A stretch of 60,609 nucleotides of DNA from a virus (Duplodnaviria; Caudoviricetes), in the IMG/VR virus record IMGVR_UViG_3300027749_000121, positions 1-60,609 of that record; one strand, given 5' to 3'. Each line of letters opens with the position of its first letter. Position 1 is the first letter of the stretch. The notes under the pieces were generated by a model. It made no database searches. It saw only the letters and a list, made by a program, of their open reading frames with translations, and was not told the origin of the DNA. This document shows positions 32,869-43,433 of the stretch, piece after piece. Both the position numbers and the translations under genes were made by a program.

Positions 32869-33058
32869 AAGAGGTCAGGGGTTCTTCATCCCCTGCCTCG
32901 ATCCTGATAGTGTTCGTGAACTAGGGCTGCGCAAGGCAGTCCTTTGCCGCGTACTAGATGCCCGTGCTAAGACGGGCATCTACGAAGGCTTTACTGGGGT
33001 CTTTTTCTTTCGGTTGCCCGATAGAAAGCCTCGGCCTCTCGATTCTGCGCCGCCTTGA
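32828..33058 (+). CDS. Small conserved protein (FPW..E.GQGFFIP), last gene of + arm (start revised)
   Basis: Motif typical of small phage DNA-binding proteins; overlaps convergent gene end. Confidence 0.6.
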   Translation: MKLSLIRFPWETTERGQGFFIPCLDPDSVRELGLRKAVLCRVLDARAKTGIYEGFTGVFFFRLPDRKPRPLDSAPP

Positions 33059-36000
33059 TGCGTGCGATCAGCTCATCTTTACGCTCTGTTGAGAGCCTAG
33101 AGTCAGCGCGTATCGTACGTTCATCGGTGAACATCTCCCCCATAGACTTCTTGAAGCCTCCAGCCATATCAGCTTGAGCCAACAACGCCGCATACTCCTG
33201 CGCCCATGCCTTGGCTTCAGCTTTCTTACCTCGGCTTGCCAAATCCTCATAGCCCTTTTGCGCTTGCACCACTTCGTCCATGCGGTTGTATGCGCGGTCG
33301 ACTATGAAGCGGCCATCGGCTGACTGGAACAACCCTCCGAAGAACGGCGTCTTGCTAGCTGACGAAGAGGCTTTCGCGCCTTCTGTCGACGAGCGCAGGG
33401 CTGGGTCTAGCATGTGCAACGCTGACAGTCCCAAGGAGCTTGTGTAGCTACGCACAAAGTGCTCGATCATCAGAGGCGACACGCCAACGGCTCCGGTTAA
33501 CGATCCCAAAGTTTTGGCCGCCTCGGTCGTTTCTTCGCGGTAGCGCATAGCCGCTGGCAACTCTTTCTCCCTTGCCGATTCGATCGGGCCATATGGTGTA
33601 GCGCCAATAGAAGCTTCGATGAACGGCTTGCCGGCCACAGGCACAACTCCGGGTGCGGACTGCCAGAGCAACATGCCCAAACCTTTGATAGCTTCTTTGG
33701 CCTTGGTATCGCGCCTCGCCACATCAAGGATAGCTTCGGGCAACGCTTTGAACAAGATACCTACCTCATACGGAATCGGTATTTTGAGAGGGTCTTTGAC
33801 GCCCGGAATGTGCACAAACCAATTGCCGTACTTAACTTCGGGCGGCATTTTGCGGTAGTCCTCGTCGTCTTCCATCATCAGAGCGTACGACAGCGTTCCA
33901 GCCATCAACAAAATGCCACGCATTTTAATCTTGCGCTGGATTTCCAAACGCTCTGAGAAAGGCATATCGCCCTTGAATGAACGATACAGCACGTCCAAGC
34001 CTTGAATCTGCGCATTGAAGAACGGAATCAGCGTGTTCATTACTTGAATGCTTGGCGACAGTCCACGGCGGCCAAAGTTTTGAGACTCCATCGCACGAAA
34101 CTGAGAGCGTGCTTCTGACAAACCTTTTTTTATGGAATCTTCATATATAGTTACGCGGGTAGCCGCGTCAGACTGAAGCGCAAAAGTATCTAGCATGCCA
34201 AGCATCTTGTCCCACTTACCGCGACCTGTGCTGATGTCTTGCAAAAACTTTTGCATATCTTTTTCGTCGCCTGTGTACACGTTGCTACTGACAACAAGCC
34301 CACGCATTAACGCTTCTTCCGAAGGGCTACGGCCAACCCGCATTTTAATCAGGGCTGTTAGCGCGTTAAGCACAGGCACGCCATCCACACCGCCTACGAT
34401 AGCCGCATTAAGCGGGTCACGAATTAGCTGACGAACAGGATACGCTGGGCCACGGGTCACAAATTTACGAACCCAGTTTGCTGGAATGCCCATCATGCGT
34501 ACGATCTCTGGGATGGTAGTCTTGATACCTTCCATGCCTTTGACAATTAGGTGGGCAGGAATACCAAAGGTATCAGAGTCAATCACAGCAAAGTGGTCAT
34601 CACCATCAACCTTGTAGCGCACTACGTCAGCGCCTGCTGGGCCGCTTCCTTTGCCGATCTTGGATGCAAAACCTGCCTTGTACATTGCGTCAGAAGTACT
34701 GTGCGTAGCTTGATTCTTTAAACCGGCACGGGACAGCATGAACGTGTTTTGAACAGCACTGGTCAAAATTGGCAATATGGTTTTTTCGTCGCCCAACATG
34801 CGTTGCAAGTCTGGGTTTTCTTTAATGTTGCCAATACGAATGCTGTGTTCTTTGTCAGTAAACAGCTTGACTTCGTTGTTCTCAATACGATAGAACGGAA
34901 TAAACGGCGTCTTTTTCAGCCGCTCGCCCTCTTGTTTAGATATAAATCCGCACTGAACAATAAAGTCTATAAGGCCATTGTTGTACTGTTTGTACACCGC
35001 CTTGGCCGCATCAATGTGTTTCTTAGCTTCAGGGTTTGCCGCCAATGTGGCTTTGTCTTTAAGGTACTCAGCTTTAGCCGCCGCAGGATCAGAAGACAAC
35101 AAGCGTGACCAGCCGTTGGGCGTAGCTTCCGCACGCTCACCAGCAACTTGAACTGTCAGGATGCGCTCAGCATCGGCACCTAATCCGGCTTTAGAAGCGT
35201 CTTCTATATGCTTGGACATATCCACAAGGTTAGGGCCAGTAGATGCTTGGTAACGGTACTCTTTACCAAACGCAGTATTTTCAGATACGATTGATATCGG
35301 GCCACTGTTAATAAATTGCCCCGCGGCTTGCGTAGTCTTATCAGCTAAACGCAGGAAATACTGCGTTTGGAAAGCCTCTGTAGAAGACAACTTACCAGCG
35401 CCTTCACCAGCCACAATAGCCGCATCTGCTGCAGCTAAGCTATCAATTAACTGTACGCGTCCACCAAGGCCAAACAAGTTTGCTTTGAGCGAATCTAATT
35501 TGTTGGCTTCTTGGCCAACAATAACTGAGCTAACTGCTGGCGCTTTGGTGCGGAAGACGGATGCCGTGTTGAGCTTGTCCACCATCTCAAACTTCTGTGC
35601 AGGCATGTACAGCGCTTCAATGTTCTTGGTAGCTACATCAGTAGTCAACTGACCTGTCTTGAAGCCAATTAAACGCAAGACGGCTTTGAAGAAGCGTGTC
35701 AACATGTTGCCGCCAAACCAAGGCTTTTCATTGATGCGGTCACGGAAGTCTTTATTAGACTGCACCTCAGACGCAAACTCAGCTACGTTGGTCAGGCCGT
35801 ACTCATTAACCAACGCCTTGTCTTTTTTCAGTTGGTTGAACATGGCGTTCAACTCATTACGCGCCGCAAGCTGGTCTTTAGTTAGATCGGTTGCAGGCAT
35901 TACCAAACCGCGCAGTGATGCGGCGTGGGTCACTTCGTGGATCAGGTTTTCTTCTGTCAACTCTCCGGGTCTAAACGACACAGTGTTGGTCACGTTGTTG

Positions 36001-39000
36001 TAGAACGCAGGCACGGGAACGCCATTAGCATCAACCAAATTAGGATCAATGACTACCTTGGTGCGAAGCAACATGTCAACCACGTTTTTGGCGTTCTGGC
36101 GAATGAACTCGGTCTGTCCGTTCTCAGCCACATCATTGACAGCATCAAGTAAGCGCCCATCTGCAATGGCTTCTTTAGCCGTGTCAGATAACTGAGCCTG
36201 CTCCATCTCCGTGTACTGCGTTGCAGCACCTTGGATTGGGCCTTCTTCGTCAATCTCTGGCAGTGTGGCGGCTTCTTGCTTGGCAGTAGCGGCATCGATT
36301 GCCGCTTCGACTTCTGCTTGCGATCCGCCTTTGAGGGCTTTAGATGCACGAATATCACGCGCATTTTTGTATACTTCTTCTGCCGCATCGCTACGCTGGT
36401 TAGCAAGGTCAAGGGCGTCTTGTGCCAACTCCTTGGTTGCAGGGGTCTTGGCTTCGTCAAAATCTTTCTGAGCTTTTTCAAGATCAATCACTGACTGACG
36501 ATAGCGCTCACGGGCCGCAATAATTTCAATCGTTGGGCCTTGACCCAACAGGCGCTTGCCTTCAGCCAACTGCTTGGCAACTTGGTCTTCAGTCAAACCT
36601 TCGGTGGCCTCTGCGTAAGCAGTCTCCAACTTAGCGCGGCTGGCATCAGTAGCGCCATCTAAACGAGCTTTCGCTGTAAACAAATGAACTGCGTTGGCAG
36701 CTTCTTGTGACAAGCCGTCGGCTCTAAGTTTAATAACCCCGGCTTGGCGTACACGTTTAGCGCCAGCCAAGTTACGAACCACGGGGCCTTCTTTACGGGC
36801 AGGTAACCGCATACCTTCCGCAGCCGCTGGTTGTGGTGCATTAGGCTGTTCTACATCACGTTCCACAATAGGCGCTGATGCGTAAATGGTGTCGATATTG
36901 GACTCAATCTGGTTGTACTCGGTTTGATACTTTTCAATATCCGCTGTGTTGTTTGTCAACCTAGCCTTACCCAAGTTAGTATCTGCGGCAGCTAAATTTT
37001 TCTTAAGCTTGTTAAGTTCTGCCGTCATTGCTGGGCCAGAAGTGTCTCTTGTAAAGCGACGTACGTCATAGCCTGTGCCAGACATGGCTTTTTCAAGGCG
37101 ATCTTTTTCTACCTTGGCAGCGTCCAGTGCTTTGCGTTGTTCTCCAGCGCCAGCATTTCTTTCGGCCTGCAACTTGCGTTCTTCTTCACGCGCTTTGGTT
37201 TCTGCTTCTGCACGCGCTTTTTCAGCTTTAGCGGCTGTAGCTTTGGCTTCTTCAATTTGTTTGACCAAAGGAGACTCTTGGTTCAAAGCTTTAGCCAAAC
37301 GAGCGCTGGTGTTTACAAACGCTTCACGCAAATCCTCACCCATCAACTTGTTTAAAGTCAAATTATCTCGACGTGCGGCCAAGTAAACCAGTTCAGCAGC
37401 CTGTGTCTTAGGTAGAAGTTTGTCAGTCGCACTAGAGGCGCGAGTCATAGCACTGTCTAAGCGGCCAAACTCAAGACCAGAAGCCATAGAAGGCAGGTTA
37501 TCTATTCCTCTGCGAGCCGCCTCATATGCTTCCTGTGACGCATCGCTAACTTTCTTAGCTGCGTTGTATTCACTACGAGCGTCTTTTTCGGCAAAATCAA
37601 CAGTAGCCGCGTAGTCTCTTGGCAACGGCCCTTTCATTTTGGCTATTACAGGAGACAGCGCTTTCTGCTTATCAGACCCGCGCTCTTGCAGCACTGCGTC
37701 AATTTTTGCCAACTCATCGTCAATTGCTTTAACGTTTTCTTCAGAAAACGCGCCTTTAACAAGAGGCTCAAGCTCCTGTATGACTAGTTGTTGTTGTCTA
37801 ATTTCTTGTGTAACACCCGACTCGGATAACTTGCCACGAGCAGATGTAAGCTCTCTGCCAGACATACGCGCAATTTCAGTTGCCCTTGACAGCGCCTTCT
37901 GCGCTTTAACGACTTCTGGCACTTTGGCCACAGGTGCAACGGATTGCTTTTTGATATCCCAGCTTTCAGCTTTCTTAGGCTTGGTAAGAATTCTGTCCTT
38001 AACATTCTTAAACTCACGAGTTTCACCGGCTTTTAAACGCTCGGCTTCAGTTTGGCCGGCAGGAGCTTTTGTAACAGCGCCTTGTTGCTGTTCCTGCATA
38101 CGCTGGCGGCGTTCTAAATCAATCAGTGCAGCTTCAGCTTTGGGCACCGCACGTTGGGCTTGCTCCAATTCTTTTTGAATTGCTTTTAGATCGGCTTGAC
38201 CTTGTTCAGTCAAATCTGCCAGCATGTCAAAGTAGCGTGAGTTTTGTTCGCGTGCTGCGTAATCTGCTACAGCTCTATCTAATAAAAAGCTGTTAGGAAA
38301 ATCTCTACGCTCTGCCTGATATTGTTTGACTTCATTCCGTAACCTAGTGGCCAGTTCACGGAAGTATTGAGGGTTGTCTTGCAACGCCTCTGTGTTGCGC
38401 ATAGCTTTCTTTAGTTCTTCAACCCTAGTCTCTGCCGCCACAAACGCAGTGCGCGCATCTGTCAGTTCTTCGGGCGTAATCTCACGCAGTGTAGGCGCAA
38501 GGCGCTGTGGCTGAATGCCGGGCAACTCTCGTTGACCTGTAACTGCGGTTGTTTCTTCTTCAGTTCCAGCGGCAATCTTTGCCTTCAAGTCATCACGAGC
38601 TTTCTGCAACTGTGCGCGGATGTTGCCTCTCTCGGACTCAACAGTCAGACCTTTAAGCTGGCGCTCAATGTTGCCAAGCTGCTGTTGCATCTCAGCCATC
38701 TCTGGCGTAACTTCTTGGGCTTGTTTGTTAGCTTCTGCAATAGCGGGACGTGCAGTACGCAACTTTCTTAACTCATCGCCGAGGTCTTTACGGCGGTCTT
38801 TAAGTTCTGCCAACGCAGCCATCTTGGCTTCGTCTGTGGGCCGGCCAGCTTTTTGGACACGCTCATTTACAAGACGCAACTCACGCGTAACTTCATCAAT
38901 ACGGTTAGCCGCACCCTCTACACGTTCAATAGGAAGCTGACGGCCTGCTTTAGATACTTCACGCTCTTCTGCGATGACTTGGCTGTAACGATCAATTACG

Positions 39001-41633
39001 GCATCAGCGCGTTCTTCCAAACCTTTCTCTAGCGGCCTGTCAGCAATAGTCAGTAGTTGTTCACGCAAACCTTGATTAGCTTCGCGTTCTAGTGCTTTGC
39101 CGTTTGCCAAGAGGCGGTTAATGTTTACAAGGCGGGTTGCATCAAAGATAAACTGGCTTGTAGCTTTACGCACCTCATTAAAGTTTTTTCCTTTGGCCGC
39201 GTCATACAGGTCAATCAAGTCGTCGTGTACTTTGGCGCGCAATTCTTGCGTCTGCTGGCGCATTTTTGCTCGGTCGTTCTGTACGTCAAACCCTTCTTGC
39301 GCAGGCTTTAACTTGGGCAAGTAGTAGTCAAGCAACGACGCCACGTTCTCGTCTGTGCGCTCACCAATAATGTTCTGAGCAAACGGGGTTGTGTCTTTAT
39401 AACGGTCAGCCGTCTCCATACGGCGGTTCAGGTTATCCAAAGCTTTGCGCTTTACGTTCAACTCAAACGTTTGGCGGCTAGGCAGCATCTTGCCCGCTTC
39501 GTCCTCACTCTTAGACAGTTCTTTAACGTCTTTCTCAAGCGTCTCTTTGAGCTTGTCGCGGTCATCGCGGAACTCTGTGTTAGCAGGGTCTTGCTTTAAC
39601 TTGTTCCAGTCTTGCTCACCATCTTTAAACAAAGCCAACAAAGAACGTGCGTCTTCCAAGTCCTTGTCATAAATTGCTTGCTCTACAGGAGAGCGGCCTT
39701 TGTTTTTCTCCGCTATGGTTTGCAGCTTTTCAATTTCAGCTTCAACGCTTTCCCGTGTCTCGCGGGCTTCTTGCGCGCCTTTGTCAATCTCAGCGGCAAA
39801 CAAATCATCTGTGGGCGTACCGCGGAACTGATCGCCTTCCATCAATGTGGGTACGGCTTCGAGTTCTTTTAGGCGTGGTAGTAATTTAGCAATCGCCTCA
39901 TCGTCACCAAGGTCTTGGTAACGGGCAACTTTCTTTCGCAGGTCTTTAATCTCAACATCACGAGACGCAACGTCTGTTTGCTTGGGCGCTTCTGCAACAA
40001 AAGGTTTTAATTGTTCAAGCTCGGCTAGTGCTTCTTTATTCTGTTTGATACTACCGACAAGGCGCTCCATGTCGTCCGTGCTGGTAGCTGTCTGCAGTTT
40101 GGTGCGCAGGTTCTCAATCTGTTTATTGACTGTAGTCTGCATAGCCGTATACGCTGTCGGCGTTGGAGCCATAGACTGAAACTGCTTTTGCAAGTCAAAC
40201 TGCTGGTTGGTAAGCGCTTGGATCTGCGTTTGATCGCCTGTCTTTGTAGCTTCGGCAAGCTGTGCGTCAAGCTCTTTGATCTGAGAGTCAAGTGTGCGTA
40301 GCTGGCCAACAGGGGATGTGTCCTTAGCTTGCGGCAATTCACCAAACAAATCTTGTTGGGCCCCGGGGACTTTGTTAGCTTCTGCAAATGCGGTTTTGCG
40401 TGTAGCTTCTTGATTGCGTTCTTCAATCGCTTTTCTAGCGGATCGGTACTCTTCAATAGTGCCTGTGTACTCGTCAGACTTACGTAACTCTTTAATTTGC
40501 GAACGAGCTTCGGCCTTGTCGGCAACAGCGGCCAAATCACCTTCTGCGGGTTTACCCTTAATGCGTGCAAGCAGATCAGCTTCTTGCTTTTGCACGTCAG
40601 CGTAACGTGTTTGTATCTCGTCCAAGTACTCATGGGTCTGACGGTATGCGGCTTTCTCTGCTTCTAAACGCTGCTTCTCAGCTTCTTGAGCTTGCACTTG
40701 TTTGGCCTGCTCTGCACGGGCTTCTTCTGCTTGACGGGTTTTAATGCTACCACGCTCAACATAACGACCGGCAGGGGCAAGAGTGCCGCCTAATACAGCA
40801 CCACCAATAAAGTTGTCAAAATATTCCGAACGGGCTTCTGCATCAGTGATGTTCAGACCGGCTTGCAAACGCTCAAGTACTTGCTGCGCGGCTTCGGTAA
40901 AGCCCTCAGCGCCCATAGTCTTTAGCGTGTTTACACTGTAGTCTTTCAGGACATCTTTCATGCCCTGTTCAGCAATCTTCTTAGCCGCTTGCTCTGATAC
41001 TTCTTTGCCGCCCATAGCCAAAATCTGGCGGACCCCGGGGATCATCTTCATCCCGTAAACATCAAACGCGGCTTGGAATGGTGCTGCGGCTAAAGCTGCG
41101 CCAAGGTTTGTTTCGCCAAGCCTCTTGCCTGTTTCTAGTTGTTTAGATAAGTTTGAACCGCCAAACTGCGCAGCAGAAGTAAGACCTGCTACTGCACCGG
41201 GCGCAGTCAATGCAAGAGCACCGGAACCAATAGTAGCGCCAGCAATGGCTTCTGGAAGTAAAGCGGTTAAGCCAGCAGCGGCAACGGGAGCGGCCATGTA
41301 AGGCAACGACCCACCAGCAAGTTCGCCAAGCTTGGTAAGAGGTGCTTCTGTCCAGCCTTTTTCAGTTGGCTTGAAAGCTTTTCTTTTTTCTTCTTCTTTT
41401 TCTTTGATGTACTTTTCGGCAGCGGCTTCATCCATCAAGCCAGTACGTCCAGCAAGCGCAGCAATGTCTCCTTTGAGAGACGCTACGCTTCCTTTAAACG
41501 CCGCACCAAAACCTTCTTCTGGGGCGCCGCCTATACCAAGTTGTTCTCGAAGAATCTCCGCTGCTTTTTCTTTGGATACGCTGTCTGGAAACTCAACGGT
41601 TCGTCCATCAGGCAAAGCAACGGTATAGCTCAT
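32991..41633 (-). CDS. Large polyvalent internal virion protein (coiled coils, zincin HExxH, C-terminal LPD38-like domain)
   Basis: 2880 aa; LIHEVTH...AEFASE; PFFNAQIQG, KIPIPYEVG. Confidence 0.85.
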   Translation of the reverse strand: MSYTVALPDGRTVEFPDSVSKEKAAEILREQLGIGGAPEEGFGAAFKGSVASLKGDIAALAGRTGLMDEAAAEKYIKEKEEEKRKAFKPTEKGWTEAPLTKLGELAGGSLPYMAAPVAAAGLTALLPEAIAGATIGSGALALTAPGAVAGLTSAAQFGGSNLSKQLETGKRLGETNLGAALAAAPFQAAFDVYGMKMIPGVRQILAMGGKEVSEQAAKKIAEQGMKDVLKDYSVNTLKTMGAEGFTEAAQQVLERLQAGLNITDAEARSEYFDNFIGGAVLGGTLAPAGRYVERGSIKTRQAEEARAEQAKQVQAQEAEKQRLEAEKAAYRQTHEYLDEIQTRYADVQKQEADLLARIKGKPAEGDLAAVADKAEARSQIKELRKSDEYTGTIEEYRSARKAIEERNQEATRKTAFAEANKVPGAQQDLFGELPQAKDTSPVGQLRTLDSQIKELDAQLAEATKTGDQTQIQALTNQQFDLQKQFQSMAPTPTAYTAMQTTVNKQIENLRTKLQTATSTDDMERLVGSIKQNKEALAELEQLKPFVAEAPKQTDVASRDVEIKDLRKKVARYQDLGDDEAIAKLLPRLKELEAVPTLMEGDQFRGTPTDDLFAAEIDKGAQEARETRESVEAEIEKLQTIAEKNKGRSPVEQAIYDKDLEDARSLLALFKDGEQDWNKLKQDPANTEFRDDRDKLKETLEKDVKELSKSEDEAGKMLPSRQTFELNVKRKALDNLNRRMETADRYKDTTPFAQNIIGERTDENVASLLDYYLPKLKPAQEGFDVQNDRAKMRQQTQELRAKVHDDLIDLYDAAKGKNFNEVRKATSQFIFDATRLVNINRLLANGKALEREANQGLREQLLTIADRPLEKGLEERADAVIDRYSQVIAEEREVSKAGRQLPIERVEGAANRIDEVTRELRLVNERVQKAGRPTDEAKMAALAELKDRRKDLGDELRKLRTARPAIAEANKQAQEVTPEMAEMQQQLGNIERQLKGLTVESERGNIRAQLQKARDDLKAKIAAGTEEETTAVTGQRELPGIQPQRLAPTLREITPEELTDARTAFVAAETRVEELKKAMRNTEALQDNPQYFRELATRLRNEVKQYQAERRDFPNSFLLDRAVADYAAREQNSRYFDMLADLTEQGQADLKAIQKELEQAQRAVPKAEAALIDLERRQRMQEQQQGAVTKAPAGQTEAERLKAGETREFKNVKDRILTKPKKAESWDIKKQSVAPVAKVPEVVKAQKALSRATEIARMSGRELTSARGKLSESGVTQEIRQQQLVIQELEPLVKGAFSEENVKAIDDELAKIDAVLQERGSDKQKALSPVIAKMKGPLPRDYAATVDFAEKDARSEYNAAKKVSDASQEAYEAARRGIDNLPSMASGLEFGRLDSAMTRASSATDKLLPKTQAAELVYLAARRDNLTLNKLMGEDLREAFVNTSARLAKALNQESPLVKQIEEAKATAAKAEKARAEAETKAREEERKLQAERNAGAGEQRKALDAAKVEKDRLEKAMSGTGYDVRRFTRDTSGPAMTAELNKLKKNLAAADTNLGKARLTNNTADIEKYQTEYNQIESNIDTIYASAPIVERDVEQPNAPQPAAAEGMRLPARKEGPVVRNLAGAKRVRQAGVIKLRADGLSQEAANAVHLFTAKARLDGATDASRAKLETAYAEATEGLTEDQVAKQLAEGKRLLGQGPTIEIIAARERYRQSVIDLEKAQKDFDEAKTPATKELAQDALDLANQRSDAAEEVYKNARDIRASKALKGGSQAEVEAAIDAATAKQEAATLPEIDEEGPIQGAATQYTEMEQAQLSDTAKEAIADGRLLDAVNDVAENGQTEFIRQNAKNVVDMLLRTKVVIDPNLVDANGVPVPAFYNNVTNTVSFRPGELTEENLIHEVTHAASLRGLVMPATDLTKDQLAARNELNAMFNQLKKDKALVNEYGLTNVAEFASEVQSNKDFRDRINEKPWFGGNMLTRFFKAVLRLIGFKTGQLTTDVATKNIEALYMPAQKFEMVDKLNTASVFRTKAPAVSSVIVGQEANKLDSLKANLFGLGGRVQLIDSLAAADAAIVAGEGAGKLSSTEAFQTQYFLRLADKTTQAAGQFINSGPISIVSENTAFGKEYRYQASTGPNLVDMSKHIEDASKAGLGADAERILTVQVAGERAEATPNGWSRLLSSDPAAAKAEYLKDKATLAANPEAKKHIDAAKAVYKQYNNGLIDFIVQCGFISKQEGERLKKTPFIPFYRIENNEVKLFTDKEHSIRIGNIKENPDLQRMLGDEKTILPILTSAVQNTFMLSRAGLKNQATHSTSDAMYKAGFASKIGKGSGPAGADVVRYKVDGDDHFAVIDSDTFGIPAHLIVKGMEGIKTTIPEIVRMMGIPANWVRKFVTRGPAYPVRQLIRDPLNAAIVGGVDGVPVLNALTALIKMRVGRSPSEEALMRGLVVSSNVYTGDEKDMQKFLQDISTGRGKWDKMLGMLDTFALQSDAATRVTIYEDSIKKGLSEARSQFRAMESQNFGRRGLSPSIQVMNTLIPFFNAQIQGLDVLYRSFKGDMPFSERLEIQRKIKMRGILLMAGTLSYALMMEDDEDYRKMPPEVKYGNWFVHIPGVKDPLKIPIPYEVGILFKALPEAILDVARRDTKAKEAIKGLGMLLWQSAPGVVPVAGKPFIEASIGATPYGPIESAREKELPAAMRYREETTEAAKTLGSLTGAVGVSPLMIEHFVRSYTSSLGLSALHMLDPALRSSTEGAKASSSASKTPFFGGLFQSADGRFIVDRAYNRMDEVVQAQKGYEDLASRGKKAEAKAWAQEYAALLAQADMAGGFKKSMGEMFTDERTIRADSRLSTERKDELIARIKAAQNREAEAFYRATERKRPQ

Positions 41634-41636
41634 AGA

Positions 41637-43424
41637 TCACTTTCTTGGTTCAAGTTGTCCTGTCTTGGCGTTTAGAACAAAATCTGCGCCGCCAACAGGT
41701 GCACCGCCGCCCCCGGAAGTGCCTGCTAATTTTGCCAGAGCTGGATTTAATTGCAAGGTTTTTTCCCATTCTTTTTCAAATGCCGCTGGAATTTCTTCAG
41801 GCGTGTACTTGTTTGACTTTATGACTTGATCCATCACGTTCTTGCGTGCCTGCTCAATAGCATTAGACCCTTTAAAAGCGTTAATGTAATCTTTGTTATC
41901 CTGTGAACGGATTTGCGCTGCGCCCAACGTAGCTTCTTTACCAATATTGGCCACACGTTCTTGCATAGCGCCAGTAAACATTGTCTTGGCATCTTCGCGG
42001 TTCAGGCCGTAACGGGTAACCGCAAAGTCCGTTAGGCTCTTAAGTCCTGCATTGGCAGCTTTGTCTACATCGGCAGTGGCTTTTCTAATCTCTGAGTTGT
42101 TCATGCTCTTCTGGTTAAAGCGCACATCTTCCAAACGTCCATAGGCGTCGTCCAGCTTATCCCTAGCGTCAGCAATCTTGTCCATACTTTTACGATAAGC
42201 GGCAGTGCCAACCATAGCGCCCTGACCAATGTTGGCAAAAGCGTGCTGAGACGTGCCGGACATCATCGCCAAACCAGCTTCGAGCAAAGCCAAACCACCG
42301 GCTTGACCTTCTTCTTTACCAATGCGCTCTTCTTTACCTTTGAGCTTGGCTTCACGGTCTTTGCCATACTCGCCTTGCGCCGCAAGATCAGTTTTAAGTT
42401 GATCCAGTTGTCTTTGAGCGGCGGATGTTTCTGCTTCGCCTTGCTGACGCACACGCTCTTGAATCTGGTTTAGCTCAGTCTCACGTACATTCGCAGGGCC
42501 AGCAAACTGCTCGTACATAGCTTTAATACCCTGCGCTCCACCCATGCTAGTTTGAGGACGTGGTGCGTCAGGCGCGGCACCGGAAGGTGGTGGAAGAGCT
42601 TTGTCTGTAGGAGCCGCCGCAGACACGTTCTCATATCCGGCTTTTACACCGGGGAAGTCTTTTGCCCTTGTAGCCGTGTTTGACGGATACTTAGCTTCGG
42701 TCGCGGCTTTATCCCCCGCTTTAATTCTTTCAGAGTTATACAGTGCAATCTCTTCAGGTCTTGCAATACCTTGGTTGATACGCGCCGCAATCTCGGCTAA
42801 CAAGGCTTGCTTTTTCTTGTCCCCCATGTAGTCTGTAAACCTCTCCCATGGAGTTTGGTTTTCTGGGGAACCCGGTTGCGTAAACTCGGCGCGGGGTTGT
42901 ACTGCTTGGAAACCGGGGATGCCGCCAACAACACTACCGTCCATAGTATTGCCTTGATAACGGGGGATGTGACCACCGCCAGCCATACGCATCACACCGC
43001 CACCATCATGGGCGTAGTTGAACATGCCATCAGTGTTGCCCATACCTTCTAAGTTGCTACGAGACATGGGTGAGTTGGAGCTTTCATCAAACCCTGCAAT
43101 ACCACCATCAGCCATGCGCTGCATATTGGGTGCGGGTATTTGCGCTATGCCTTGATTTTCAGGAAGCTGTGCAACCGTGCGTGAGGGAGCCATGCCTGCA
43201 ATGTCTTGGTCTACAACAGTAGGCATAGGGCCGGCTGCTTGCATCGCTTTAGATCGCTCGGCCGCCTTTACAATATTGTTGACATTCACTGCAGTTGCAA
43301 CAACTGCGGGGTCATTCCTGTGCTGTGTGGCATAGGCTTGCCGTCCTCGGGCATCCATACCCGCCAGCATAGTGGTCAAAGCATCAATGCGTTCAGGGCT
43401 GTAGGGGTTTTGTGATTGAAGCAT
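41637..43424 (-). CDS. Internal virion/ejection protein
   Basis: Synteny; helical; LALLEAGLAMM segment. Confidence 0.7.
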   Translation of the reverse strand: MLQSQNPYSPERIDALTTMLAGMDARGRQAYATQHRNDPAVVATAVNVNNIVKAAERSKAMQAAGPMPTVVDQDIAGMAPSRTVAQLPENQGIAQIPAPNMQRMADGGIAGFDESSNSPMSRSNLEGMGNTDGMFNYAHDGGGVMRMAGGGHIPRYQGNTMDGSVVGGIPGFQAVQPRAEFTQPGSPENQTPWERFTDYMGDKKKQALLAEIAARINQGIARPEEIALYNSERIKAGDKAATEAKYPSNTATRAKDFPGVKAGYENVSAAAPTDKALPPPSGAAPDAPRPQTSMGGAQGIKAMYEQFAGPANVRETELNQIQERVRQQGEAETSAAQRQLDQLKTDLAAQGEYGKDREAKLKGKEERIGKEEGQAGGLALLEAGLAMMSGTSQHAFANIGQGAMVGTAAYRKSMDKIADARDKLDDAYGRLEDVRFNQKSMNNSEIRKATADVDKAANAGLKSLTDFAVTRYGLNREDAKTMFTGAMQERVANIGKEATLGAAQIRSQDNKDYINAFKGSNAIEQARKNVMDQVIKSNKYTPEEIPAAFEKEWEKTLQLNPALAKLAGTSGGGGAPVGGADFVLNAKTGQLEPRK

Positions 43425-43433
43425 GCTTACCTC

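Noticed and set aside
32991-41633. Virion RNA polymerase (N4- or crAss-like) using the palindromes as hairpin promoters
   Set aside because: No recognisable polymerase catalytic motif; sigma70-like promoters are present; cannot be fully excluded without structure prediction
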